In this document: one piece after another, positions 15,326 to 25,800 of the stretch | How positions within the stretch are numbered: the stretch's first letter is position 1 | Layout of the letters: every line of letters starts with the position of its first letter | Assembly: GCA_963773685.1 (NCBI GenBank) | Contig: CAVZBY010000006.1 | Span: 24,710 to 88,709, forward strand | From: Candidatus Aminicenantes bacterium | Lineage (GTDB): Bacteria; Acidobacteriota; Aminicenantia; Aminicenantales; Saccharicenantaceae | DNA: 64,000 nt | Reading direction: 5' to 3' | Made by a program: the position numbers and the translations under genes | Notes under the pieces: model-generated | Database searches by the model: none | Told to the model about the DNA's origin: nothing | What the model saw: the letters and a program-made list of their open reading frames with translations, nothing else

Positions 15326-15329
15326 CGCT

Positions 15330-16322
15330 TCAGGCCGGAACATTCAACGCCGCGAGCCGGGACTCACGCCGCGCTTCGTGGATCCGCAAGAGACCGACAC
15401 CGCCGAGGATCACCAGCCCGCCGACGATCTGGAGACGGGACAAGCGTTCGCCGAGGAACGCGGAGGCGATGGCCGCCGTGAAGACCGGTTCCAGGCTGAC
15501 GATCAGATTGGCGACCCCGGCCGGAAGGTAGCCGAGGCTCATGTTGTAGAGGCCGAACCCGGCAAGTGTCGGCCCGGCGGCCAGAAGGAACAGGACCCCC
15601 CACCCGCCCCAAGCGTTCCCGAGCCATAGCAGATCGGCCGGACGGGACGCCGTTCCCGGCAGGATCCCTCCCCCGAACAGATTGAACGCCGCGAGGAAGA
15701 GCGCGGCGATGCCGAACGTGTAGAGGACCGTCGTCCAGGCATTGAGCCCGCGCCTGGACGCAACGCGGCCCATGAGGCTGTAAGCGGCGTAGCCCAGACC
15801 CGAGAGGACGCCGGCCAGGAGGCCCGGAAGGCTTTGGCTTGGCACGGTCGCATCCAAAAGGCCCGAGACGAGAACACAGCCGCCCAGGGTCGAAGCGACC
15901 GCGAGGATCCTGGCAAGGTCCAGCCTCTCCTTGAGCAGCCACCGACCCAGAAGGACGGTGAATCCGGCAGAGGTGTAGACGAGCACCGTGGATACGGCAG
16001 CCCCCGCGAGGACGACCGAAAGCGTCCAGAGCGAATTGAAGATCGCGAGCAGGAGACCATAGGCCGCGAGGAACCGGACGTCCCGTCCGGCGATCCTCGT
16101 CAACGCGGGTCGAAGGGCCCTCAGAATAAGGAAGAGGATAAGGGCCGTGAACAATTCCCGCCAGAAGGCGAGGACGAGAGGCGGGATGCGGTAGGTCAGG
16201 GTCAGATAGCGGATGAGGATGGCGGTGGTCGAGAGGATGACGGCGCTCGCGAGCGCGATGGGATAGCCGCGGGCCTGCCCGGCGCGTTCGGCCGCGTCTG
16301 CTCCGGTGCCGGCTTGGGTCAA
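15330..16322 (-). CDS. EamA/DMT family transporter
   Basis: About 10 hydrophobic segments in two repeats; LEPVFTAAIASAFLGERL. Confidence 0.85.
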   Translation of the reverse strand: MTQAGTGADAAERAGQARGYPIALASAVILSTTAILIRYLTLTYRIPPLVLAFWRELFTALILFLILRALRPALTRIAGRDVRFLAAYGLLLAIFNSLWTLSVVLAGAAVSTVLVYTSAGFTVLLGRWLLKERLDLARILAVASTLGGCVLVSGLLDATVPSQSLPGLLAGVLSGLGYAAYSLMGRVASRRGLNAWTTVLYTFGIAALFLAAFNLFGGGILPGTASRPADLLWLGNAWGGWGVLFLLAAGPTLAGFGLYNMSLGYLPAGVANLIVSLEPVFTAAIASAFLGERLSRLQIVGGLVILGGVGLLRIHEARRESRLAALNVPA

Positions 16323-16353
16323 GGTTCGTCGATCCGCGAGGCCTGCCCGCGCT

Positions 16354-17589
16354 TCATTCGATGACGATCCGGTGGATCTTCTTCTTGCCCGCTTTGAGCA
16401 TCATGCCGTCGGGCTTGACGTCCCCGATCGTCAGGAGCCGCTCGAGACTCTCGATGCGCTCCTCGTTGACGTAGAGCCCTCCCTGCTTGATCAGGCGCTT
16501 GGCCTCGCCGCGCGATGGCGTGAGGCCGACGTCGGTGAAGAGCTCGGCGGGACCGATCCCGGCCTCGAGCCGGGCGCGCGGTACGGCGGTCGTGGGGAGG
16601 GCCTCGACGTCCGCGTCGCCCGCGCCTCCGAACGCCGCCGCCGCCGCCGCGCGCGCCTCGCGGGCCGCGGCCGCGCCGTGAGTGATCGCCGTCGTCTCGT
16701 AGGCCAGGATCCGCTTGGCCTCGTTCGCTTCCGTGTCCTTGAGGGCTTCCAGGCGCCGGATCTCGTCGAGCGGAAGGAAGGTATAGATGCGCAGGAACCG
16801 GCCGACGTCCCGGTCGTCGCAATTGACCCAATACTGATAGAAATCGTAGGGGCTGAAAAGCTCCGCGTCCAGCCAGACGGCGCCCTTGGCGGTCTTGCCC
16901 ATCTTGGCCCCCGAGGAGGTCGTCGTCAGGGGAAAGGTCAGGGCCTGGACCTCGGCCCCTTCGACCCGGCGGATGAGGTCGACGCCGGCCAGGATGTTCC
17001 CCCACTGGTCGTCCCCGCCCATCTGCAGACGGCAGCCGAGCGTCTGGAAGAGGTGGAGATAATCATAGGCCTGGAGGATCTGGTAGTTGAACTCGATGAA
17101 CGACAGGCCCTTCTCGAGCCGGAGCTTGTAGGCCTCCGACGCCAGCATCCGGTTGACGGAGAAGTGCCGGCCGATCTCGCGGAGGAACCTCACGTAGCTC
17201 AAGGAAAGGAGCCAATCCGCGTTGTCGACGGTGACGGCGCCCTTCCCGTCGAACGCGAGATACCGGTCGAGCTGGGCGTGGATCGACCTACCGTACTCGC
17301 GGATGGTCGCCTCGTCGAGCATCTGCCGCAGCTCGGTCCTGCCGCTCGGGTCGCCGACCATCGTCGTCCCCCCGCCGGTCAGGGCCACGGCCCTGTGGCC
17401 GGCCCGGCGCAGGTGGACCATGGCCATGATCGGAACGAGGCTTCCGGCGTGGAGGCTTCGGGCCGTGCTGTCGAAGCCGATATAGAACGTGACCGGCCCT
17501 TCGCCGAGCATCCGGCGCACGGCGCCCTCGTCGGACGCCTGGGCGATGAAGCCGCGCTCCTTCAGTTCGTCGTAGATGTTGCCGCTCAC
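16354..17589 (-). CDS. tyrS: Tyrosine--tRNA ligase with C-terminal S4 domain
   Basis: YIGFDSTARSLHAG, EFNYQILQAYD, QMGGDDQWGN, KMGKT; GTG start at 17589. Confidence 0.97.
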   Translation of the reverse strand: MSGNIYDELKERGFIAQASDEGAVRRMLGEGPVTFYIGFDSTARSLHAGSLVPIMAMVHLRRAGHRAVALTGGGTTMVGDPSGRTELRQMLDEATIREYGRSIHAQLDRYLAFDGKGAVTVDNADWLLSLSYVRFLREIGRHFSVNRMLASEAYKLRLEKGLSFIEFNYQILQAYDYLHLFQTLGCRLQMGGDDQWGNILAGVDLIRRVEGAEVQALTFPLTTTSSGAKMGKTAKGAVWLDAELFSPYDFYQYWVNCDDRDVGRFLRIYTFLPLDEIRRLEALKDTEANEAKRILAYETTAITHGAAAAREARAAAAAAFGGAGDADVEALPTTAVPRARLEAGIGPAELFTDVGLTPSRGEAKRLIKQGGLYVNEERIESLERLLTIGDVKPDGMMLKAGKKKIHRIVIE

Positions 17590-17707
17590 GTTCGGTTCGA
17601 CTCCTCGCCATTTTATAGCACAGCAGGCCGCCGATGACAACGGACGCCTCCGGATAAAAAGACGATTGTGCCGGCGCGCCGATTCCTTTATGATAGGAAG
17701 GGACGAA

Positions 17708-18778
17708 ATGAAAAAGACGCGGGTCGCTCTCGTCTACAACGCGTACACCGACGGCGTCGTCGAATCCGTGGCCGACAGCGGCGGCGTCCGCTACCTGCGG
17801 CAGATGATCCGCGGGATGGCCCGGGCGCTCCGGAGAGGCGGCAACGACGTCCACGTCATCTCGCTCGCCGACGACCTCCAGCGCTTCCAACGGACCCTCC
17901 AGCGGCTGAAGCCGGACGTCGTCTTCAATCAGTACGACGACGTCGTCCACGGCGCCCTCTACGAAATGCGCGTGGCCGCGCTCGTTCGGATCATGGGATA
18001 CCCGATCACCGGATCGCCGGCCCTCGCCCTGGGCCTGAGCCGGTACAAGTATATGTGCGCCAGCCTCCTCCAGGGCGCCGGGATCCCCATCCCTCCCGAC
18101 ACGACCCTGTTCGAGAGGATGCGCGACGTCGACGGCCCGAAGTGGTCCTTCCCGCTCATCGTCCAGCCGAGCCAGGAGCACGCCGGCATCGGCGTGGGCC
18201 GCGATTCCATCGTCCGGACGAAGACGGAGCTCCGGGCGAAGGTCCGCGAGATGCTGACCAAGTACCACCAGCCCGCCCTGGCCCAGCGCTTCATCCCGGG
18301 CCGCGAATTCAACATCGGCCTCGTCGGGGGCAAGAAGCTCCGCGTCCTCCCGCCGGCCGAGGTCGACTATACCCGGCTCCCGAAAAAGGTCCCACCGATC
18401 ATGTCCTACGCGGCCAAGTGGATCGAAACATCGGTGGAGTACCAGCGGATCTCCGTGACCTGTCCGGCCGACGTCGAGCCCGGACTCGCCGCCCGCATCT
18501 CGAGCACGGCGGTCAAGGCTTTCCGGGCCATCGGCGGCTGGGGCTACGGGCGGGTGGATATCCGCCTCGACGAGGACCTCGTGCCCCGCGTCCTCGAAGT
18601 GAACTGCAATCCCTGCCTCGACAACGATATGGGGCTGGCCCGGTCGGCGCGTTCGGCGGGGATCAAGTACCCGGAGCTCCTGAACCTCATCATCCGGGCC
18701 GCGTTCGAAGGCCCGCCCAATGACGTCCATATCCCCATGACCTTCGCCGCGGGGCCCCCGGGCGCCCGGCGGAGGTGA
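17708..18778 (+). CDS. Ddl-like ATP-grasp ligase (not a canonical D-Ala-D-Ala ligase)
   Basis: GYPITGS, PLIVQPSQEHAGIG, FIPGREFNIG, GYGRVDIRLD, LEVNCNP; lacks the GGxSxE and GSSVG motifs. Confidence 0.85.
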   Translation: MKKTRVALVYNAYTDGVVESVADSGGVRYLRQMIRGMARALRRGGNDVHVISLADDLQRFQRTLQRLKPDVVFNQYDDVVHGALYEMRVAALVRIMGYPITGSPALALGLSRYKYMCASLLQGAGIPIPPDTTLFERMRDVDGPKWSFPLIVQPSQEHAGIGVGRDSIVRTKTELRAKVREMLTKYHQPALAQRFIPGREFNIGLVGGKKLRVLPPAEVDYTRLPKKVPPIMSYAAKWIETSVEYQRISVTCPADVEPGLAARISSTAVKAFRAIGGWGYGRVDIRLDEDLVPRVLEVNCNPCLDNDMGLARSARSAGIKYPELLNLIIRAAFEGPPNDVHIPMTFAAGPPGARRR

Positions 18779-18781
18779 CCG

Positions 18782-19823
18782 TCAGCCGGTCAGCCTGCCC
18801 GAGTACGAATAATCCATCGCCAGCGCCGTCGCCAGGGCCGCGATGTCCATCAGTTTCCGCAGGCGACGATTCCTGGGAAATTCAAGGGCCAGGGCCTCCG
18901 CGCGGTTCTGGAGCTTCGTCAGGATGGCCGCCCCTTCTTCTTCGTTCAGGCCGGACCAGAGGACGATGAGGTCCAAAAGGTAGCGGTGATGCTCGCGCAG
19001 GAACGCGCGCCGCCGGCCTGACGGACGCCTTCCCCCGCACCGCCGGAAAGACCTGCCGGAGCCTGTCATCCACGAAGCCTTGGGCCGCTTTCCGGTATCT
19101 CTCGGCCCGCAGGCCATAGAACCGGATGAGCCTGATGTTCAGCGTCGAGACCGGGCTCAGCAATCCTCCCTCCCGGACACGGGGCGTCTCGTCCCGGATG
19201 CCCTTCATCAGGGCATCGACGTAATTCAGCTTCTTCAGGGCGGGCCAGAGCCTGTACCGTTGCCTCCACCGGCCGCGGGGGGTCAGCCAGACGGCAAAGG
19301 TCTCGGCGAAATCTTCGTCGGGGTGCCGTTGGGCGTACATCCGCCCGCAGAAGCTCGTGTCGAGGTGCCGGACGAACGACCGGCTCGCGCGGTCCGGCCG
19401 GAACGTCAGCGGATACCGCCGGGAGAACGCCCCGAAGGTCTCACGCCATCCCGGCTTGCGCCAGAGCCGGTACGCATAATTCACCGCGTGCCCCGCCTCG
19501 TGACGGAGATACATCATGATCTCCCGGCCGTCCTCGATCTCCCCCGCCTGCTCTTCCTCGAGGCGGATCAGCCGCGGGTCGGCGAGGTAGAACGGGATGC
19601 CGATGACCGGGACCCTGTTCGGGCATCCCCAGATGTCGGTGAGGTAGAACTCCGGACGGAAGCGGATCCCCCGGGCCTCGAGCTCCTTGAGGATGCGGCG
19701 GGTATAGGGCTCGACCGGCGAGCCCTCGAGACGCAGGCCGAGGGCCGAGATCTTCGTGTTCAGGAGTTCGAGGCGGACGGTCTCCCATCCGTGGACCAGC
19801 GACCTGATGTGCCTCTCCGACAT
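18782..19823 (-). CDS. Putative zinc-binding metallopeptidase, Peptidase_Mx-like zincin (frameshift near 19010)
   Basis: IGIPFYLADPRL, HEAGH zinc motif, HPDEDFAETFAVWL; C-terminus in ORF 18782..19117. Confidence 0.85.
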
Positions 19824-19925
19824 GCCCTTCGCGCCCGGGGTCACCCCCGATAAACCGGAACTATACGCCGCCGGGATACGAAAAGCCAACGAATATTTTT
19901 CCCCTGGGGGAGGGCCCGGCGCCGG

Positions 19926-21430
19926 TCATTTGAGGAGGGGCGGAGGGATCATGGCGGGGAGGCGGCCGAAGACCTTCCGGTAGGTCCCGGGATAGGCGTC
20001 CTTGCCCCCGAGCAGCAAACAGGTCAGGGGCATGGCCTTCCGGGCCAGGGCGGACATTTCCCGGGCCAGACGGCGGATGTCCCATTGGGCGGTGGCGTCC
20101 TCCCTGAGCCTCGAAATATGATAAAGCTCCCTGGCGTTGACCTTGAGCAGGGCTCGCCGCCGATGGGCGTTGGTCAGGAGATAGTCCGCGGCTCCGCCAA
20201 CGGCCTTCCTCAGGCGGGCGTGGGCTTCCTCGGTCCCCGCGATGACCTCCATGAACTCGGCCTCGGCCCCGATCTCCGCGACCGACGGCGGGACGGTCAC
20301 GCCCAGCCCCGGATCGTAGGGTTGGACGGTCAGGGTCGCCATCCGGTGGCGCTTGAGCTGGGCAAAGCAGGAGGCCGATAGGATCAGCTCGAAGGTCAGG
20401 TCGGGGAACTCGAATTCCCGCAGGGGAAAATCGTAGAACTCCATGCGCCTGAAAGCGGCTTTCGCGACGCTCCGTCTTTCCGCGGCCGACAGGGCCCGGA
20501 CCCGGCCCAGGCAGGCGTCATAAGGATCGCCGGAAACAGCGAAGGCCAGGGACGCGAGCAGCTTTTCGTCGGCGTCCGGGGCGGCCTGCAGGAGCCGGAC
20601 CGGACGGGGCGGCCTCCCCTTCCCCGTCCGGCGCAGGCGGCCGGCCTTTTCGGACGCCGCGAACGCGTTGCCGACGTCCCGAAGGGTCTCGGCATCGAAT
20701 TCCGCGCCCTCGGTGAACAGGACGATCGACGGAGCGACCTCCCGGGCCAGGGCGTGGAGCCGGGAGCCGATCTCGCGGAGCTCGGCGAGGGGCTTCGACG
20801 CGAATCGGCGGATGAGGAGCTCGAGGTTGCGCGCGTTGACGGTCATCCCCAGCTGGCCCTCGGCGGCCAGGCTCACGATATACCGGGCGTCCTCTTTGGC
20901 CCATCCGTCCAGGACGGAGTGGTTCCGGGGATCCCTCGCGGCGTCGGCGTTCCGCGCGAAGACGTGGGGCCGGAGCCGGTCGTAAAGCCGGTGGTACAGG
21001 GCGTTCTGATCCTGATCGCGGACGCGAAGATCCCTTCCAGCCCCGCCGCCCGGACCTCCGCCGGGACGACGAAGTCCTCGCCCAGCTTGATATAACGCTG
21101 GGATTTTTCCGTGAACGAGCAGAGGCGGAACCGCTCGAGGTCCTCGATGGCCAGGCGGGAGACGCCGATGACGTCGAAGTTGAAGACGGCGTGCTCGGCC
21201 ACGGAATGGTGGCCCATGGCGAAGATGATGTTGCGGTTCGACCGGCGGGCCTTCTCCACCTCCGCCCGGGCTGCGGCCCGGAGCTCGTCGGCGGGCCGGG
21301 GGTCGCGGGAGATCCTGGCGTAGGCCGCCGAAAGGGTTTCGGGCGTGACGTCGTCCCGGGACGGAGAGGCGCGCTTCAGCTCTCCGACGACGTCGGCGTC
21401 GACATTGTACCCCGCCAGGACGATCTTCAC
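19926..21430 (-). CDS. thyX: FAD-dependent thymidylate synthase-like protein with two ThyX domains (frameshift near 21010)
   Basis: MGHHSVAEH, RFRLCSFTEKSQRY, NARNL in domain 1; KRHRMAT, NARELYHISRLR, AQWDIR in domain 2. Confidence 0.85.
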
Positions 21431-21437
21431 GGGGACT

Positions 21438-21466
21438 AAGATAACAAAACGACGGAGGGGATTCAA
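21438..21466 (-). promoter_or_regulatory. sigma70 promoter of thyX (likely leaderless)
   Basis: TTGAAT-N17-TATCTT with extended TG; 7 nt to the GTG. Confidence 0.6.
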
Positions 21467-21533
21467 TGACGCGGGCAAGGGCCTTTCCTCGTGCCCCCTT
21501 TCGTTATATAATCCGGGCATAAGGGAGGGAATC

Positions 21534-22055
21534 ATGACAATCAGAAGACTCGCCATCGGTGTCTCTCTGGCATTGCTGGTCGCGGCGTCTTTCTCCGCGG
21601 CAGCGTCGGCGGACCAGGCCCCGGTCAAGCCGAAACAGGCCCTCAACATCCAGTTCCGGCCGTTCCCGGACCTGAAGACCTGTCTCAACTGCGCCAAGCT
21701 GGATGTCCGCATCTTCAGCCTGCCCGGCGACGGCTGTCTGCATTGCGAAGATCTCGCCACCTACCTGGACACGTACGCCTTCATCGACCCGGACCTCTAC
21801 ATCAAGAACCTCGGAAACCTTCCGTCCAATCCGGGGACAGTGACCTTGCAGTGGTATGACCTCGTGAACAAGGGCCCCGCGAATGTGACGCTCTCCATCC
21901 CCGCCGTCCCCGTCGGCGAATGGACGGCCGTCTCGATCCCCAACACGCATATCATCTTCAAAAAGGAGGAAGGGGTCCGGATGACGATCGATTACTCGGA
22001 CACGAACGGCGCCCGCCACAAGGTCCGCACCGTCACGAAATGCCCGGATAATTGA
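21534..22055 (+). CDS. Hypothetical secreted protein, CARDB/Ig-like region, two CxxC pairs
   Basis: GGAGGG RBS, TATAAT at 21507-21512, signal peptide ending ASA; PDLYIKNLG...IPAVPVGE resembles CARDB. Confidence 0.6.
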   Translation: MTIRRLAIGVSLALLVAASFSAAASADQAPVKPKQALNIQFRPFPDLKTCLNCAKLDVRIFSLPGDGCLHCEDLATYLDTYAFIDPDLYIKNLGNLPSNPGTVTLQWYDLVNKGPANVTLSIPAVPVGEWTAVSIPNTHIIFKKEEGVRMTIDYSDTNGARHKVRTVTKCPDN

Positions 22056-22126
22056 ACGGAGCGGACGGGGGGAACGATCGCTCCTGAAGGATAGAAGGAG
22101 CAGGTCCGTCCGCTGGCCTGCGGGCG

Positions 22127-23552
22127 CTAGCCCTTCATGACGCCCACGGGGACGACCCGGGCCACCATGCGCCCGAGCCCGGCCGCGTGGGAGACCCGTA
22201 CGACCTCGTCCACGTCCTTGTAGGCTTCGGAGGCTTCTTCGGCGACGCCCTTCCAGCTCGCCGAGCGCAATTCGATGCCCTCTCGCGGCCAGGTCGTCGC
22301 GGATGCGCTCGCCGCGGAAGCGTTTGAGCGCCTCGTGGCGGCTCATGACCCGGCCCGCGCCGTGGGCCGTCGAGGCGAAGCTCTTGGCCTCCGCCTCCGC
22401 CGTCCCCGCGAGGATATAGGAGGACGTGCCCATCGATCCGGGGATGATGACAGGCTGACCGACCGCCCGGTACGCGGCGGGGATCTCGCGGCGGCCGGGC
22501 CCGAAGCTCCGGGTCGCCCCCTTGCGATGGACGCAGAGGCGCGTCGCCGCGCCGTCGACCGTATGCGTTTCGACCTTCGCCACGTTATGGCAGACGTCGT
22601 AGACCTGGCCCATGCCCGTCGCGCTGCCCAGGACCCTCGCGAAAACGTCCCGGACCCAGTGCGCGATCATCTGGCGGTTGGCGAAGGCGTAGTTCACGGC
22701 GGCGCACATGGCGCCGTAATAGGTCCGGCCGAGGTCCGAACGGAAGGGGGCGTGAACGAGCTCCCGGTCGGGAAGGCCCGCCGTCCCGCGCTCGTTCTCC
22801 ATGCGCTCGATGAAATCGCCGGCGACCTGGTGGCCGAGGCCCCGGCTCCCGCAATGGATCATGACGGTGATCTGGCCTCGGCCCGGATATCCCGAAGGCC
22901 CGCGCCGTCGCGGCGTCGAAGACCTCGGCGACCTTCTGGATCTCCAGAAAATGGTTCCCGGCGCCCAGGGTCCCGAGCTGGGGGATGCCCCGCTCGATGC
23001 GCCCGGTCCGAAACGGCGCCGGGGTCGGCGTCCCGCATCCGGCCGCCTTCTTCGGTCCGCTCGAGGTCTTCCGGAAGCCCGTACCCGTTCCGCACGGCCC
23101 ATTCCGCCCCCTCGGCCAGGATCTCGCAGAGGACGCCGCGGCTGAGCTTCGTCACCCCTCCCTTGCCGACTCCGGCCGGGACTTCCTTGAAGATCTCGGC
23201 GAGGAGCTCCCTGCGCCGGGCCGCGATGTCCTGCTCCCGAAACCCCGTGGCCAGGAGCCGGACCCCGCAGTTGATGTCGTAGCCGACCCCGCCCGGCGAA
23301 ATGATGCCCTCATCGAGGTCGAAGGCGGCGACGCCGCCGATGGGAAAGCCGTAGCCCTGGTGGGCGTCGGGCATGACGATAGGACGTCTTCCGGATGCCG
23401 GGCAGGCAGGCGACGTTCCGGGCCTGGTCCAGGGTCAGGTCCCGGCGGATGTCCTTGAGGAGCCTCTCCGAAGCATAGACGACGGCGGGGACGCGCATGT
23501 CCCCCTGCCTGGGGATCTCCCAGGTGATGTCGTCGATCTTCCGGAGCTCCAT
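22127..23552 (-). CDS. rtcB: RNA ligase RtcB (several frameshifts)
   Basis: [52 protein letters not shown]. Confidence 0.95.
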
Positions 23553-23557
23553 CCCCC

Positions 23558-24001
23558 CTACATATCGACCACGACCTGGACGGTGTAAAGGCCGCAGTCG
23601 CTTTCCTCGATCTTCATCTCGTTGTAGGTCACGGCCTTGACGGCTCCGAAGAGCTCATGGCGGTCCGTGAGATGATCTCCGATGAAGACGGCTTCGATCC
23701 GGCAGTCCGCCTCGCCCCGCTCGATCGGTCAGGCTCGCGACCTCTCCGAGCAGGAACCGCCGGGTCTCGAAAAGAAAGATGACCTCGCCGAGGAACTTGA
23801 CGAGAAGCTGTTCGAGGTCCCGCGCCCCGGACGCGGACGGAATAGCGCGTCCGCGGCTCGACCTTGCGTCCAGTCCCACATGAGCGAGGCCGTGGCGAGG
23901 GCGGCGTTACCGAAGGCCTCTTCGAGGGTCGCCCCGAAGGCCTGGAACTTTCCGTCGGCGGTGTGCGGGAGGATCCTGTAGCGTTCGGGAACATCACCCA
24001 T
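23558..24001 (-). CDS. Archease (frameshifted)
   Basis: PHTADGKFQAFGATLEEAFGNAA at the N-terminus; VKAVTYNEMKI...VQVVVDM* at the C-terminus; immediately upstream of rtcB. Confidence 0.9.
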
Positions 24002-24007
24002 GTCCTC

Positions 24008-24016
24008 ATTCTAACA
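24008..24016 (-). promoter_or_regulatory. Extended -10 promoter of archease-rtcB (likely leaderless)
   Basis: TGTTAGAAT followed by 6 nt and the ATG. Confidence 0.55.
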
Positions 24017-24080
24017 GAGTGCCGCAGCGCCGGAGGCTGAAAGGCCTGCCGCCGCGGGCGGGCGACTGCAGCGAACGGGA

Positions 24081-25110
24081 TTAGAAGATTCCCGCGATCC
24101 GGGTCCCGCAGGAAGGACAGTTCGAGCCCTTGAGGGCGTTCTTCCGGACCCGGAAGCCCTCGCGGCCGATGACGACCTTCCCGCAGGAAGGGCAGTGCGT
24201 GTCCTCGTCGAAACCCGCGATGTTGCCGACATAGACGTAACGCAGGCCCTCCCGTCTTCCCGATCTCGAGGGCCCTCTCGAGGGTCTCGGCCGGAGTCGC
24301 GGCCGCCTCGTCGTACTTGTAGTCCGGATGGAACCGGCTGACGTGCCACGGGATGTCCGGATCGACCGAGGCGATGAAGCGGGCGATCCCGGCCAGCTCG
24401 ATCGTCCCCGTCGTTGAGCCCGGGGACGACGAGGGTCGTGACCTCGACCCAGATGCCCGAATTCCTTCATGAGACGGATGGAATCGAGGACGGGCGCGAG
24501 CCGGGCCTTGCAGACCTTCTTATAGGTCTCGTCCTTGAAGGCCTTGAGGTCCACGTTGGCGGCGTCGAGATAGGGGCGGATGGTCCCCAGGGCCTCGGCG
24601 GTCATGTAGCCGTTGGTCACGAAGACGTTCAGGAGGCCCTTGTCCCGGGCGAGCCGGCCGTGTCGAAGGCGTACTCGAAGAAGATCGTCGGCTCGGTGTA
24701 GGTATAGGAAATGCTCCGGCAGCCGCGGGCCAGGGCTTCGCGCACGACGTCCTCCGGCATCAGCTCGAACCCTCCGGCCCGCTCGTCCTTCTTGGAGGCC
24801 TGGGAGATGCTCCAGTTCTGGCAGAAGCCGCACTTGAAGTTGCATCCGATGGTCGCGATCGAGAACGACTTCGTCCCGGGCAGGAAATGATAGAGGGGCT
24901 TCTTCTCGATGGGATCGACGGACGCGGCGATGACCTCGCCGTAGACGAGGGTGAAGAGCTTCCCTTCGATGTTCCGCCGGACGCCGCAGACGCCGAACGC
25001 TGCGGGCGCGATGTCGCACCGGTGCGCGCACAGGACGCACGAGACGCGTCCCCTTGGAGGGGGGCTCGTCCCCCGTCGAGGGCCTTCCAGAGCATCGCCT
25101 CCTTGTTCAC
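24081..25110 (-). CDS. amrS: AmmeMemoRadiSam-system radical SAM enzyme (frameshifted)
   Basis: CxxCAHRC, DPIEKKPLYHF, GCNFKCGFCQN, YTYTEPTIFFEY, FVTNGYMT, ANVDLKAF, PWHVSRFHP, YVYVGN. Confidence 0.9.
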
Positions 25111-25790
25111 AGGCGGTCCTTGGCTCCCTTCGTCTTGCCGAGCTCGGGATGGAACAGGACGGCCGACGGGCAGAGACGCCGGATGGGACAGGACGGGCAA
25201 TCGGGTTTCCGGGCCTGACAGGTCTTTCGTCCGTGGTCGACGAGAAGGAAGTTGAAGTCGAGCCAGTCCTTGCGCGGGACGATCGCCAGCAGGTCCCGCT
25301 CGATCTTCACCGGGTCCGTCTCCCCGCTCAGCCCGAGGCGCCCGGCCAGGCGGCGGACGTGGGTGTCCACGGCGATCCCTTCGGCCTTGCCGAAGCCGGC
25401 CGCGAGCACGATGTTGGCCGTCTTGCGGGCCACTCCCGGAAGCGTCACGAGGTCTTCCATCGTGTCCGGGAACCTTCTCGCCGTAGGCTTCGACGATGCG
25501 CTTCGCGGCGCCCATGAGGCTCTTGGCCTTGTTCCGGAAGAAGCCGGTCGAGTCGGATGGCCTTCTCGAGCTCCGACCGGTCCGCCCCGGCGAGGGCGGC
25601 GGCCGTCGGGTACTTGGCGAACAGAGCGGGCGTGACCTTGTTGACCTGCTCGTCGGTGGATTGGGCCGCCAGGATCGTGGCCACGAGGATCTGGTAGGGG
25701 ACTCCGAAACTCGAGCACCGTCCGGCTGTCGGGGAATTCCCGGCGCAGGATGGCGACGATCTCGGGAATGCGCTCGGCTGCAGGTCTCAT
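25107..25790 (-). CDS. nth: Endonuclease III (frameshifted)
   Basis: [10 protein letters not shown], Hh[17 protein letters not shown], 4Fe-4S motif [17 protein letters not shown]. Confidence 0.95.
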   Translation of the reverse strand: MRPAAERIPEIVAILRREFPDSRTVLEFRSPLPDPRGHDPGGPIHRRAGQQGHARSVRQVPDGRRPRRGGPVGAREGHPTRPASSGTRPRASWAPRSASSKPTARRFPDTMEDLVTLPGVARKTANIVLAAGFGKAEGIAVDTHVRRLAGRLGLSGETDPVKIERDLLAIVPRKDWLDFNFLLVDHGRKTCQARKPDCPSCPIRRLCPSAVLFHPELGKTKGAKDRL

Positions 25791-25800
25791 CCCGCCCTCC

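Noticed and set aside
17708-18778. Canonical ddl or van resistance ligase
   Set aside because: It lacks the GGxSxE and GSSVG motifs and has no vanH, vanX or mur gene context.
21680-21755. c-type cytochrome in the 21534 ORF
   Set aside because: The motifs are CLNCA and CLHCE, not CxxCH.
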